Assembly: GCA_002189035.1 (NCBI GenBank)
Contig: NEEC01000016.1
Coordinates: 1,550,001 to 1,614,000 of the forward strand
Length of the DNA stretch: 64,000 nt
Direction: 5' to 3'
Source of the DNA: Utricularia gibba
Taxonomy: Eukaryota; Plantae; Magnoliophyta
In this document: one piece after another, positions 1 through 11,154 of the stretch
Position numbering within the stretch: position 1 is the first letter of the stretch
Layout of the letters: every line of letters begins with the position of its first letter
Notes under the pieces: generated by a model
Databases searched by the model: none
What the model saw: only the letters and a program-made list of their open reading frames with translations
What the model was told of the DNA's origin: nothing
Translations under genes and position numbers: made by a program

Positions 1-790
1 TGTGTTCTTGATGTCATTTCTAGACTTTCATTCCATCGAAATCCAAAACGTACGGAGATTACCTAAAACCCAATATGGATTCCATGGTGGAGTATTGGGT
101 GTACACGCAGCACTGAAATACCGAATTCATTCATGTTCTTTGGAATGGCAATTATTGAGAGGCGGCCATACTTTTCAAATAGGGTCCATGAGTATTGAGA
201 TTTCTGACGAGTGTGTGGTCCTAATTATCTCAGCAGCCTCTGTCGTGTTTACACTATGTAAGAACAAGCAAAAAGGGGGGATGAATCTCTTGAAATGTGT
301 TCTTGATGTCATTTCTAGACTTTCATTCCATCGAAATCCAAAACGTACGGAGATTACCTAAAACCCAATATGGATTCCATGGTGGAGTATTGGGTGTACA
401 CGCAGCACTGAAATACCGAATTCATTCATGTTCTTTGGAATGGCAATTATTGAGAGGCGGCCATACTTTTCAAATAGGGTCCATGAGTATTGAGATTTCT
501 GACGAGTGTGTGGTCCTAATTATCTCAGCAGCCTCTGTCGTGTTTACACTATGTAAGAACAAGCAAAAAGGGGGGATGAATCTCTTGAAATGTGTTCTTG
601 ATGTCATTTCTAGACTTTCATTCCATCGAAATCCAAAACGTACGGAGATTACCTAAAACCCAATATGGATTCCATGGTGGAGTATTGGGTGTATACGCAG
701 CACTGAAATACCGAATTCATTCATGTTCTTTGGAATGGCAATTATTGAGAGGCGGTCATACTTTTCAAATAGGGTCCATGTGTATTGAGA
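1..790. repeat. Tandem repeat, 295-bp unit, about 2.7 copies (may extend left of the window)
   Basis: The unit tgtgttcttgatgtcatttc... restarts at 1, 296 and 591. Copies 1 and 2 give identical ORF translations. Copy 3 has a few substitutions and stops near 790. Confidence 0.95.
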
Positions 791-946
791 TAACAATATC
801 TGGATTTTAATGTTATATTATTTATTTTTTAGTGGAGTGATGGGATGGCACCTACCCATTTGCGCTCTTGATTATTGATTTCAAGTTTTTGTTCTATAAA
901 TAGCGAAGAGGCATTCGTGAGTGAGTGTGAGCTCCGCGATCTGAGA

Positions 947-1400
947 ATGGCTTCTGCCAGATTACTTCTCTTTGTCGGGCTCTTCTTGCTCATCGCTCTC
1001 CTCGCTTCCTCTGAGGTTGCTGCTGTAAGAAATTTGGCAGAGGCCTCCAACGCCAACACCCTCGATGCATGTAATGAAACAAAAAGAGCTTCTATTTGGT
1101 GTATGAACTCATTATCCTACTGCTACTGACTCATATATTGGTTTGGTGGGCTTTTTTCTTTTTCACTCAGCCAAACCTGGTGACGAGGTACACAGCCGTG
1201 GCGCAGTAGAGAGGACTGAGAAGTTTGGGTTTTATAGGAGGCCAATTCGTGGTGGAGGCGGCGGAGGAGGTGGTGGTGGGGTGGAGGCGGTGGTGGAGGT
1301 GGAGGTGGAGGCGTGGTGGAGGTGGAGGTGGTGGCGGTGGTGGTGGAGGAGGGGTGGCCGCCACCCTCACCTTGAATCTGGGGAGGAGTCCAAGAATTGA
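947..1400 (+). CDS. Secreted glycine-rich protein (GRP family, PF07172-type signal peptide), copy 1, 2 exons
   Basis: Exons 947-1070 and 1171-1400, joined by a phase-1 GT-AG intron. Signal MASARLLLFVGLFLLIALLASSEVAAVRNLAE has the GRP hallmark SSEVAAR.LAE. TATA at about 894. GGN-repeat tract 1251-1358; C-terminus ESGEESKN. Three 1-nt gaps in the G tract (1278-81, 1313, 1351-54) shift and then restore the frame; corrected, the tract is about 37 consecutive Gly. Confidence 0.85.
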
Positions 1401-1599
1401 CGAGGCTTCCAAGCCACCTTATGTTTCTAATCTCTGTCCGAATAAAGACACAAGTGTGCATGATTCTGTATTGAGCCCATTGCTTCCCTTCTTTGTGCTG
1501 TCGGTGTGATGCTGCTGTATCTTCAATCCACACTAAATAAAATTCCAATCTGAATTACATGACATATGTATTTAAAAATAATAATTCAAATATATTATT

Positions 1600-2830
1600 A
1601 AATATAATATTGTATTAAATACCTTCTAAATATCTAAATATTTTTGTTATCAAATATTGATAATTTTCAAAAATAAAAAAAAAACTTATTTTTTTTCAAA
1701 TTATCTAGTAATGTAATTTCTTTCTTAGTAGATAAAATTTTTTTAATTATTTTTTGAAATTAGTTGTATAAAATTTAAGAATAGACACCCAATCAATTTT
1801 TCTCTTTTTGTTTGCTCTTCAAACATGTGAAAAAAAAATACATATTTTGGAAATTTGGAAGAGTGTTCGAGCGGGTGAACGCCAACCAAGCGATGGAGCC
1901 CGCTACACAGTCCAGTCGAATAATTGAAATCTTGTTTATCACAATTTTTTTAAAAAAAAATATTTTTTAATAAAAAGATCGTATGCAGGTTTTAAAAATT
2001 TGGATACGTGATTAGTCCCAGGAGCTAGCGATATCATGAAATTATCCTGAATTAATAAATAATTATCGTGGTTTAGAAACTAGAATAATAAAATGATTAA
2101 ATAAGATTTATTTTTAAAAAATTATCTTCACGCCAACCAATTTTGAAGACAGCTGTGACGTGGGTGTGATTTGCTCGAATTTCCTATCTATAAATGGACG
2201 AGAAGCATTCCCGAATGAGAGCAAGCTCAAACCATTCTCAAACATGGCTTCTTCTTCTTCTTCCAGAGTGCTTGTTTTCTTCTTGGTAGTGGCTTTCCTC
2301 ATTTCCTCTTAGGTTTCTGCTGCTAGGCAGCTGGCGGAGGGCACCACCTCCAACTCGCTCGGTTTATGTAATCCAGGCTTCCCCATAATACTCACAAAAT
2401 GTTTTCTGCAACCCTTCGTCTTATAATTTAAAACATAACTGGAATGCGGACTGGAAGCATTCTTTTTTTTGGTTGCTGATCGTTGTTTTGTTATTTACCT
2501 CAGCCGAGCTGGGAGAATGGATGAAGGCGGGCGTAGTGGAGGGATCTGATATCTATCTGTGCAACTGCAAAGTCGCCCAGTGCCGTTGTCCACCCCGCCC
2601 ACCGGTAGCGGCGGCCGCGGGTGAGCCCAGGAACTGATGAATGAAGAAGCTGCGTTTCTCAGTGTTGTTCTCCCTTTCAAGGAATAAAGCACGCAGTGCG
2701 AGTGTGTGTATTTGGGGGTGGTCTACAATGCTGTGTGTAGCGCCAGCCGCCAGGGCTATGTATGTATCTACATGCATTGTGTTTTTAATGTGATTCTCTG
2801 CTTGCCTGGTTATTACCTACGTTTACAACT
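1600..2830 (+). repeat. Local segmental duplication, partner of about 5800-7030 (promoter, GRP-type gene and 3' flank)
   Basis: Co-linear shared blocks in both copies, e.g. aatagacacccaatcaattt, gccaaccaagcgatgg, gtgattagtccca and aaagcacgcagtgcgagtgtgtgtatt. Confidence 0.85.
2244..2637 (+). pseudogene. GRP-type secreted Cys-rich peptide gene, copy 2, with a premature stop at codon 23
   Basis: Exons 2244-2367 and 2504-2637, with the same 124-nt exon 1 and phase-1 intron as copies 1 and 3. TAG at 2310-2312 where copy 3 has GAG. Exon 2 is open: SELGEWMKAGVVEGSDIYLCNCKVAQCRCPPRPPVAAAAGEPRN. Confidence 0.8.
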
Positions 2831-3031
2831 TGGATACATAACCCCGGCAGTTTTTGTAATGCTTCAGGTAGTTCACATGTTTATTAAAAATATATTTTTT
2901 ATCTATTATTATACAAAATATAAACTATTTTTAATAAAAATTAGCGTATGAATATAATATAAGAATAAAATTTGAAATAACTTCAATTTAAATTAATGAA
3001 TACGTAATGCAATACATAGACTAAACATAAT

Positions 3032-4620
3032 TGATGGGATACAAATCGGGTATAATCAAATGACTTCTGAAAAGATACCAAGAGATGTTCTGAGAAGATC
3101 GTGTCAATCGACTGAATGATGCAAATAAGAGGTACAGTCTGAAAAGCGACTGAATTATGGCATAGCATACGGCTGGTATCTAAAAAGTGAGATCGTATAG
3201 CAGGTGTAGAAAGCAACCGATATTAGCATAGATCTAGATTCGACCAGAGGGGGGCTCTTGGATAAAAAGAAGAAACCAACAAAAAAAAAAAAGAGGGAGA
3301 GGACTCTAGTGCTTGTATCCTCTTCTTGGTCATCTCTATCCAATGGAAATATTTTCCGACGAGTTCCGATAGCTCTGTGGTTTTTCCGTCTTCCGGCGAT
3401 TTTCACGTAAAAATCTTCGCTTACTCTTATTTCAACCAAACCAACCGTGAAAAACACAACTAAGTGTGATATTCCCGATTGCACTTATCACCCTAAAATC
3501 GGCCTTCCAACGAACTTCGAATTTACCCCAACATTTTGACGCCCACCGTGGGGCAGATCCACAACCCACTCAAGAAATCCACGAGAGTCAATCACTAAGT
3601 GTTGATGATGGCGGAAAATAGCATAGCCACCAACCCGATCCATGACGGAAGCGCTAGCGCACAAGACCTTGGCCCTATGATCACCAGCAGGGAAGAGCTA
3701 AAGGCCCTTCTAAGAAAATCCCCACCGATTTCAGGAAACCTTCAGGCCTCAACTCCAATGCCCAAGAGGGGACACCCAAAACTGCACCACGAGTGGAGAA
3801 GTGGCCCACAGTTCCGGAATACCCCTCAGACACAGAGATTGAGTCCGAAACTGAAGAGGAGATACTACGAAGGAAACGGCGTAACCAAGTCATATATGAG
3901 CCAAAAACTGATAGGGAAAACATGACTGGCGAAATCTTGGAAAAAAGGGAAGAAGAGCTGAAGAGAGAGTTAGACCAGATTCGCGAGAGGAGAAGACTTA
4001 TCGACAAACGGATGTCGTCAGGGAAAAGAGAGGGTAGGGGCTTCAGGGATGTTTTCGATCAGAACGTATCCACTGGGAAACGAGACGTTCTGGCCAATAT
4101 TGCTCTAGCTTTGAAGAATGGAGTTGAGGGAGCAGCTGGGACTACATCGCTGCACTTTGACCCCTTCTCAGACAATTTAGTCGAGAAAGAACCCGAGAGA
4201 GGATTTAGAGTCCCGAACGGATTACCCATGTATGACGGAAAAGGGGACCCCATATCACACGTAATCAACTTCGATATGAGGATGTTCATGGTTCGACATT
4301 TAGAAGCCATGAAGTGTAAGCTGTTTGCTTGCTCGCTCCAAAAGGGAGCAAAGACTTGGTTTAAACAGTTAGAACACGGCAGTGTGGCATCCTATCAAGA
4401 GTTAGTGCTGCTGTTCACTACCCGATACACTGTCAATATCAAAGCTCCACCTTCAAAGGCAGCACTATACTCTATTCGGTATGACCACCGAAAAGAGAGT
4501 TTGAGAAGATTCGTCGACTGATTTAACTGCCAAGCGCATGACGTCCAGCTGGATTTAAAGGAGAGGGTGGAGATAATGAAGCGGGCCTAGCCATACGAAA
4601 TGAACCTTTGATGGTATCAG
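3032..4620 (+). mobile_element. Truncated Ty3/gypsy element, Tat/Retand-like: LTR, PBS and gag
   Basis: The LTR-like segment ends ...accccaaCA at 3533 and is followed by TGACGCCCACCGTGGGGC, a near match to the plant tRNA-Lys PBS. ORF 3793-4521 has retrotransposon-gag motifs (YDGKGDPISH, KCKLFACSL, AKTWF). The 5' LTR start is approximate. Confidence 0.8.
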
Positions 4621-4699
4621 GAATATGCAGAAGCACCAAGGTAAGAAGAATTCTTATTGATCAAGGATCTTCCTGCAACAGAACTGGCCCGACCTTATT

Positions 4700-5177
4700 T
4701 CAGAGAGTCTCACCAAGTTTTGGGTTAGGGCCAAACTAAAACCTGATTACATAAAAATATGATTAACGTGGTCCTACCCCAATTATTCATAAGGTCGTGT
4801 TGGCCCTAATCGGCCCACGAACTTACCATATAATAAATAATTTTTTTAAAAAAATAAGTAAACATTAATATACATTTTAATATTATTTAAATAATCTATA
4901 GAAAAAAAATTTAAAATTATTATATAAATTATTAATTCATATTATCTATTCTTAAATTAAAATAATATATATAAAATGAATTTAAATTATTCAAAATATA
5001 TAATAATTATAATTATTATATATAAAAATTCTATTTTTTAATTGGACCTAAGGCCTTACGGGTTCAAGCCAAAAAACTCGACAATCTTTTGGGTCATCAA
5101 TGTATAGACCCAAGCCTAATGTTTTTTAGGGTCAGGCTAGGTAGGCCCACAGGTTTGGGCTTTAACTTTCATCCCTA
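4700..5177. mobile_element. Non-autonomous hAT-like element or MITE remnant
   Basis: Right end catcccta (reverse complement TAGGGATG, a hAT-type TIR). GGGCC/GGCCC-rich subterminal blocks flank an AT-rich core. The left TIR was not found. Confidence 0.4.
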
Positions 5178-6461
5178 GCCACAAGTGATAATTTGGACAA
5201 ATCAAATGGATTGAATGGAATCGTAAATCATTAGATGCCAAATAAGTGAATGTTTGAGGAGAAAATCATTTTGCATTATATGCATTACTTGTAACCCTTT
5301 CTCTTTGGCTTCTTAATGAAACCATTTTTCTGGTGCGCTTTTGTAGTTTATGGTTTTTCCATTCTGATGCTTCTCATAAAAAACATTGGCATCTTTCATC
5401 GTTTTATGCGTTAATCGAAAACAAAATCTTAACCGTTAAAATGTGTATATGATTTGGGCTCATACCCAGAAATCGGATTGACTTAAAAAACCGATTTCAA
5501 TGCACAAGAAACTTCAGATGTTATTTTTGAAATTTTTTCAAATATATTTTTTATGATTGTTTAAAAAAAATAATTATAAATACTCTATGACAGTTTATGA
5601 TATGTGAGTTTAAGTCAAGTTTAATGAAGATTAATAAAATTATCTTTTATTATCAATTATTATAAATTATGTATTCTAGACATACCTTCGAAACATAATA
5701 TTATTATTAATATATATCTCAAAGAAAATTTCAATTTTAATTGTATTATACTTGCTTATATAAAAATAAATAGGTTAAATATATTAATAATTATAATAAA
5801 ATATAATTACCCTCGAAATATCTAAATATTTTTATTAATTATTACTGATTTATTTTTAAAAAATGTATAATAAAAAAACACTTTTTTCTAAATATCTAGT
5901 AATGTAATCCTTTTTATTAGATGTACTTTTAAAAAAATTTCAAATTAATTGTATAAAATTTCTGAATAGACACCCAATCAATTTTTTTTCTTTTCTTTTT
6001 CTTTTGCTATTTAAACATGTGAAAAAAAATGCGTATTTTGGAAATTTAGAAAAGTCTCCCGGAGGGCTGAGAGGCTGAATGCCAACCAAGCGATGGGGCC
6101 CGCTACACAGTCGTCGAATAATTGAACTCACGTTTACCACAATGCTTTTTTTTTATTAAAAAATATTTTTAATAAAAAAGAATCGCAATGCAGCTTTTAA
6201 AAATTTTGATACGTGATTAGTCCCAGCCCCCAGGAGATAGCGATATCATGAAATTATCCTGAATTAATAAATAATTATAGTGGTTTAGAAATTAGAGTTT
6301 TAAAATGATTAAATAATATTTATTTTTTAAAATTTATCTTCACGCCCACCAATTTTGAAGACAGCTGTGAGTGTGACGTGGGTGCGGTTTGCTCGAATTT
6401 CCTTTCTATAAATAGACGAGAAGCATTCCCCATTGAGGGCAAGCTTAAACCATTCTCAAGC

Positions 6462-6838
6462 ATGGCTTCTTCTTCTTCTTCCAGAGTGCTTGTTTTGTTC
6501 CTGGTAGTGGCTTTCCTCATTTCCTCTGAGGTTTCTGCTGCTAGGCAACTGGCGGAGGGCACCACCTCCAACTCGCTCGATGCATGTAATCCAGGCTTCC
6601 CCATACTCGCACAATGTTTTCTGCCACCATTCGGCTTATAATTTAAAACAGAACTGGAATGTTTGCTTTGTTTTGGTTACTGATCTGTGTTTTGTTATTT
6701 ACCTCAGCCACGCTGGGAGAATGGGTCAAGCAGGGCATAGAGGCATCTGATACTTATCTGTGCAACTGCAGAGTCCCCTCCTGCCATTGTCGTCCCCGCC
6801 CACCGGTAACGGCGGCCGAGGGTGAGCCCAAGAACTGA
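6462..6838 (+). CDS. GRP-type secreted Cys-rich peptide precursor, copy 3, intact, 84 aa
   Basis: Exons 6462-6585 and 6708-6838; donor GTAATC, branch CTGAT at about 6680, acceptor ttacctcAG; TATA at about 6407. Protein: MASSSSSRVLVLFLVVAFLISSEVSAARQLAEGTTSNSLDASTLGEWVKQGIEASDTYLCNCRVPSCHCRPRPPVTAAEGEPKN. Confidence 0.85.
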
Positions 6839-6969
6839 TGAATGAAGAAGCTGCTTTTCTGATTGTTGTTCTTCTCCCTTTCAAGAAATAAAGCACGCAG
6901 TGCGAGTGTGTGTATTGGGGGGTGGCCTACACTACTGTGTGTAGCGCCAGCTGCCCGGGCTATGTATCT

Positions 6970-8725
6970 ACGTGCATTACGTACATTGTGTTGTTAATGT
7001 AATTCTGGGCTTACCTGGTTATTACACAATTCCGTGCGGTTTTAGTTGTTTTCACTACACGATGACCAGAACTGTCGGAATATTATCGGGCGGCTGTTCT
7101 CGGCGTAACGTGGTGGGGTCCTAACTAAAACAAAAAAAAGTGGTGCCCGTCCTCGTGTCGGCTGAATAATCAACGTCTCTGTCACCTAGTGGATGAGAAG
7201 AAGAAGAAGAAGCGATAAGGAGCATGGGCGTGTGTGGACGTCCTTATTTTCCTGTTTTTTTTTTACGTAAATAATTCCAGTTATATTATTGAGAAACATT
7301 ATTAAAAAACTTTACTACTAAATACGGCTATACTCTTAAAAACTTGAAAATTTAGAATCAATTTTAATTTTTAAAAAGATGCAAAATCTCAACATTTATT
7401 TCCAAATAGAGTCACAATTTGTGCATAAATTTAATAAAAATAATTTCGAAAAAGATGGGATAAGCCATAGGTTCGATGATGAATCAACGGCCCATTGGGC
7501 ATAATTACAAGATAAATGCTGGAAAAATTGGACTATCCACTTGGGCTTCTTGATATTCATTTATGGATTTATGGTTTCATCTTTTGACTCAAGATGTGAG
7601 TATAAGTTCGATTCAACATATTATGGGTTGAACTTATCAAGTCAACATAAAAAATTATAATTCAATAAATACAGATCGATCGATTGATATACTACACATA
7701 TTCTGGATTACGAGTTGCGTAGGATTATTGCACATTTTATATATACTAACACAAAATAAACTTAATTTATAATTACTGACTCAATTGATTGGGATTACCA
7801 ACTCATTTGAAAAAAAACGCATACTTTTTTGTTGTTGAGCAAAATATATTATGAATCCATCTCATTCGCATTTTTTTAAGATTACAAGTAACAAATTCGA
7901 TCAGTGACATGTCAATTTGACACATATCTGAGTTGATCTAGAAGTGGATATTTCATTATGTATGTTGTTGCAAGCATGTAAACTCCTTTGAATGTATTGC
8001 ATGTTGTTTTCTTAATAAATTTTAATTTAGAAAAATATAAAACATAAATAAGCATAGTACGAGTGTCGATCTCAAAGAATTGATTTTTGTGAAAAGTGTT
8101 TTGTACTAAATATTTACAAATTATCACGAGTTTATAAAAGTGGGGATTTGAAATATAAAAATAAAAGATGTACGTGCATTGTACTGTTAATGTGATTCTG
8201 GGCTTGCCTGGTTATTACACAGTCCCGTTCCGTTTTGGTTGTTTTCACTACACGATGACCAGAACTGTCGGAATACTATGGGGCGGCTATTCTCGGCGTA
8301 ACGTGGTGGGGTCCTAACAGAAAAAAAAAATGGTGGCCGTCTTTGTGGCGGCTGAATAATCAACGTCTCTGTCACCAAGTGGATGAGAAGAATAAGCGAT
8401 GAGGAGCATAGGCGTGTGTGGACGTACTTATTTTCCTTTATAACAAAAATAATTACTAAATACGGTTACACTTCAAAAAAACTTTGAAAAATTATAATTA
8501 ATTTTTATTTTTAAAAAGGTGCAAAATCCCAAAATTTCCTTCCAAATAGAGTCATAATTTGTTTTTAAATTTAATAAAAATAATTTCAAAAAAGATGGGA
8601 TACTTAATAGGCTCCATGATGACGAATCAACAGGCCATTGGACTTAATTACAAGATAAATGCTGGAAAAATTGGATTATCCACTTGGGCTTGTTGATGCT
8701 CATTTATGGGTTCATGGTATCATCT
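6970..8725 (+). repeat. Direct duplication of the GRP 3' flank (about 6970-7580 and about 8170-8725)
   Basis: Near-identical blocks in both copies, e.g. cactacacgatgaccagaactgtcggaat, ggctgaataatcaacgtctctgtcacc and caagataaatgctggaaaa. Confidence 0.9.
7995..8130 (-). mobile_element. 3' end fragment of an Athila-like LTR
   Basis: Its reverse complement aligns by eye with 43330-43464 (acaaaacacttttc...gagatcga.act.gtactatgct...acatgcaa), up to the LTR terminus. Confidence 0.7.
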
Positions 8726-10890
8726 TCATACATAACACATGTACACAAGTGTCATGCGATGGGTTACGGGTCAAACTCAACTAAATTAGCATAAAAATCG
8801 AAATCAAGATTTGCAAACCAAACCGTAACCGAAACCATGGTTACTATTTGTAAGTACTTTCCAAGTACCAATATAAATCATTATGATTGTTTAGAGATGA
8901 AATTTTTATTAAATATTAAATATTTAAATATTTAATTTTTATTTTTAAAAAGTATTTATTTCAACTATATTTCTAATAATTGATTTTTATTTTAAATCCT
9001 TAATATTTCTGAAAAATATTTTTTTATTATTAATATAAAATGATTAATAATAATTTTATATTAATATCGTCTGTAAAATAATAAATTTGATGGTAGTTTA
9101 ATATAATAATATGAAATAAATATTATAAATATCTATTTTCTAATTTACATGATTTTTTTTATTTTTCATCTTATGATATTTTTAAAAATCATGATTTAAT
9201 TATAAAAAATGAAAAACAACACCTACGCAATAAATAATTTAGTATAAATTCAATATAATAATACGAAATAAGTCAATTTCACAAAAAAAGTAATAAATAT
9301 TGTTATCATCCATTTTCTAATTTGTATGATTGTTTTTTATGTTTAATTTTATAATATTTAAAAAACATAATTTAGTTATTAAAAATTGGAATTAATATCT
9401 ACGCATTAGAGTATTTTGTAGGACGTATAAAAAAAATAAATACAAAATAATTTTTTAATAATAACACCTATTAAATAAGTAATTTGATAGAAACCAGCCA
9501 TAATAATATAAAATATTTCTATTTTATTGAAAAAAAAATATTGTCATTATACTTTTTGTAATTTCTATGGTTGCTTTTACGTTTAATTTTATAATTTTCG
9601 TAAAAAAATGTCAATTAGCTGTTCTAAAATTAAGCAACATCTGCGAAATAATTAGATTGTCACGATTTAAATATAATACTACAAAATAAGTTAACTGTTT
9701 TGAAAAAAAAAACAACATTGTTACTGATTATTCTCATTTTCTACCTCTACCTTTTCCTTTATCTTTGCATGTGCCCGCACTTGTTAAAGGCATGTCTCTT
9801 TGTTGATCCATTGCTATAACATCATTTTCATTCAATTAAGCTTGCAATTTGTGAAGTTGTAATTTTTCCACTAACATCTGTATTTTTTCCTTCAACTTCA
9901 TTATTTCCAACTGAAAGTTGATAGATTTTTGTCGTCCAGCAATCAATTCATCACCTTTGATGTTCAATTCAACCTTGTATACAGATTGCTATACTATCAA
10001 ATCATTCATTATGATGTTGTTCTTCTGAATCTGAAACTTGAGATCTTTTATCTACAAAAGAAAAAAAACTAAATTAGAAAATATAAAAAAAACAAGTATC
10101 ACATGTATTAGCAAAATAAATTTCATTTTTATTACCTCATTTTCCATTCGTTGAATTTGTTTATATTGGTTTAAATGAGTACTTTGTCATGTTGTTGTGC
10201 AATCGAAAGCTCCTCATTAATACACACTTCAGCCTTCTCATAAATAGACACTTCAGCCTTCTCATAAATAGGCACTTCATTCTTATTATCTCCATTTTGT
10301 TGTTCAGAATTATCCTACACAAAAAAATTTTATATTGCAAACCTTATTTATTTCAAGAAAAAAATAAAAGAATTAAATAATATTCATAGTTTATTTACTT
10401 GTTGTTCATTACTATCGATGTTTACCAGAATTGGTTGTTTATAAACAGCAAGATGATGACAATTTCACCTTGATGTTGGTGCAGACCGCCACTCAACGAC
10501 ACCATGAATGTTTTGAAGTGCTGTCATAATGTTAAATAAATAAGTAAAATAAGATATTGAAAAATTAATGTAAATTAAAAAGACTTACTTCGAATTTGAG
10601 CAGATTTCGAGATGATGTCTTCAGTTGTATATTTTTTTGATTGCAAAAAACTTTTTAATGCATGTCTAGTTTCTTTATTTACATTGATTTTTTCAATACG
10701 AGAATTTATAACGTTATCCTCAGGATATGTCAATGGAGAATGCTTTGAGATTGCAAAAGATCTAGGTGGTATAATCCATAGTTCTAGGTAGGTTTTGATA
10801 AAATCTAATATTTGGTAATCCTTAAAAATACCAAGTTACAATAGGAGCTTTTTTTAGAAGAGATAGTGCAAAAAAATTTGACAAGGAAGA

Positions 10891-11154
10891 TTATACATAT
10901 TCTTCTTCACACAAGTGTAAGAATGCTAAGATAATACTATAGAAAGATGGTGCTAAAAACCTAATAGACAATCTAAAATAGGTGAGCACATTAAGAGCAA
11001 AGGGATGAATGGGTACCCTAAAACCAGCATCAAATGTTTTACGAGACACAAGCCAAGCATTGGGATGTTCATGAGGGTCAAGAGGTGTGTTTTGCGTAGC
11101 AAGAATTGTCAACCAATCAGTTAGGATGAAATATTTAACACAAAATCTATTCAT
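10891..11154 (-). mobile_element. Fragment of a putative gypsy-type transposon protein (PF04195-like)
   Basis: TFDAGFRVPIHPFALNVLTYFRLSIRFLAPSFYSIILAFLHLC resembles the FDAGLRFPLHPF...LAPNSW...FLHLC motif. Confidence 0.55.

Noticed and set aside
2-810. Three repeated 119/119/72-aa ORFs
   Set aside because: They simply follow the 295-bp repeat period, begin at non-ATG codons and show no recognisable domain.
875-1129. Unspliced ORFs ending in short Cys-containing tails (also 6378-6641)
   Set aside because: These are intron read-through. All three paralogues share a donor, branch point and acceptor that give a conserved EPKN/ESKN-type terminus when spliced.
1281-1354. VEAVVEVEVEAWWRWRWWRWWWRR, a Trp/Arg-rich segment resembling indolicidin-type antimicrobial peptides, inside an open GRP frame
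   Set aside because: It is the GGN glycine tract read out of frame after 1-nt gaps in G runs. The same error type recurs in ROP, SRPK and the zinc-finger gene, so an artefact is most likely. It is worth revisiting only if accurate reads confirm all three gaps.
1123-1548. Antisense poly-Pro/His, extensin-like ORFs
   Set aside because: They are the reverse complement of the GGN tract of the GRP gene.
7053-7065. CACTAC motif (also at about 8244) as a CACTA terminus
   Set aside because: It does not continue as a typical CACTA TIR, no inverted partner was found, and both occurrences are explained by the local duplication.
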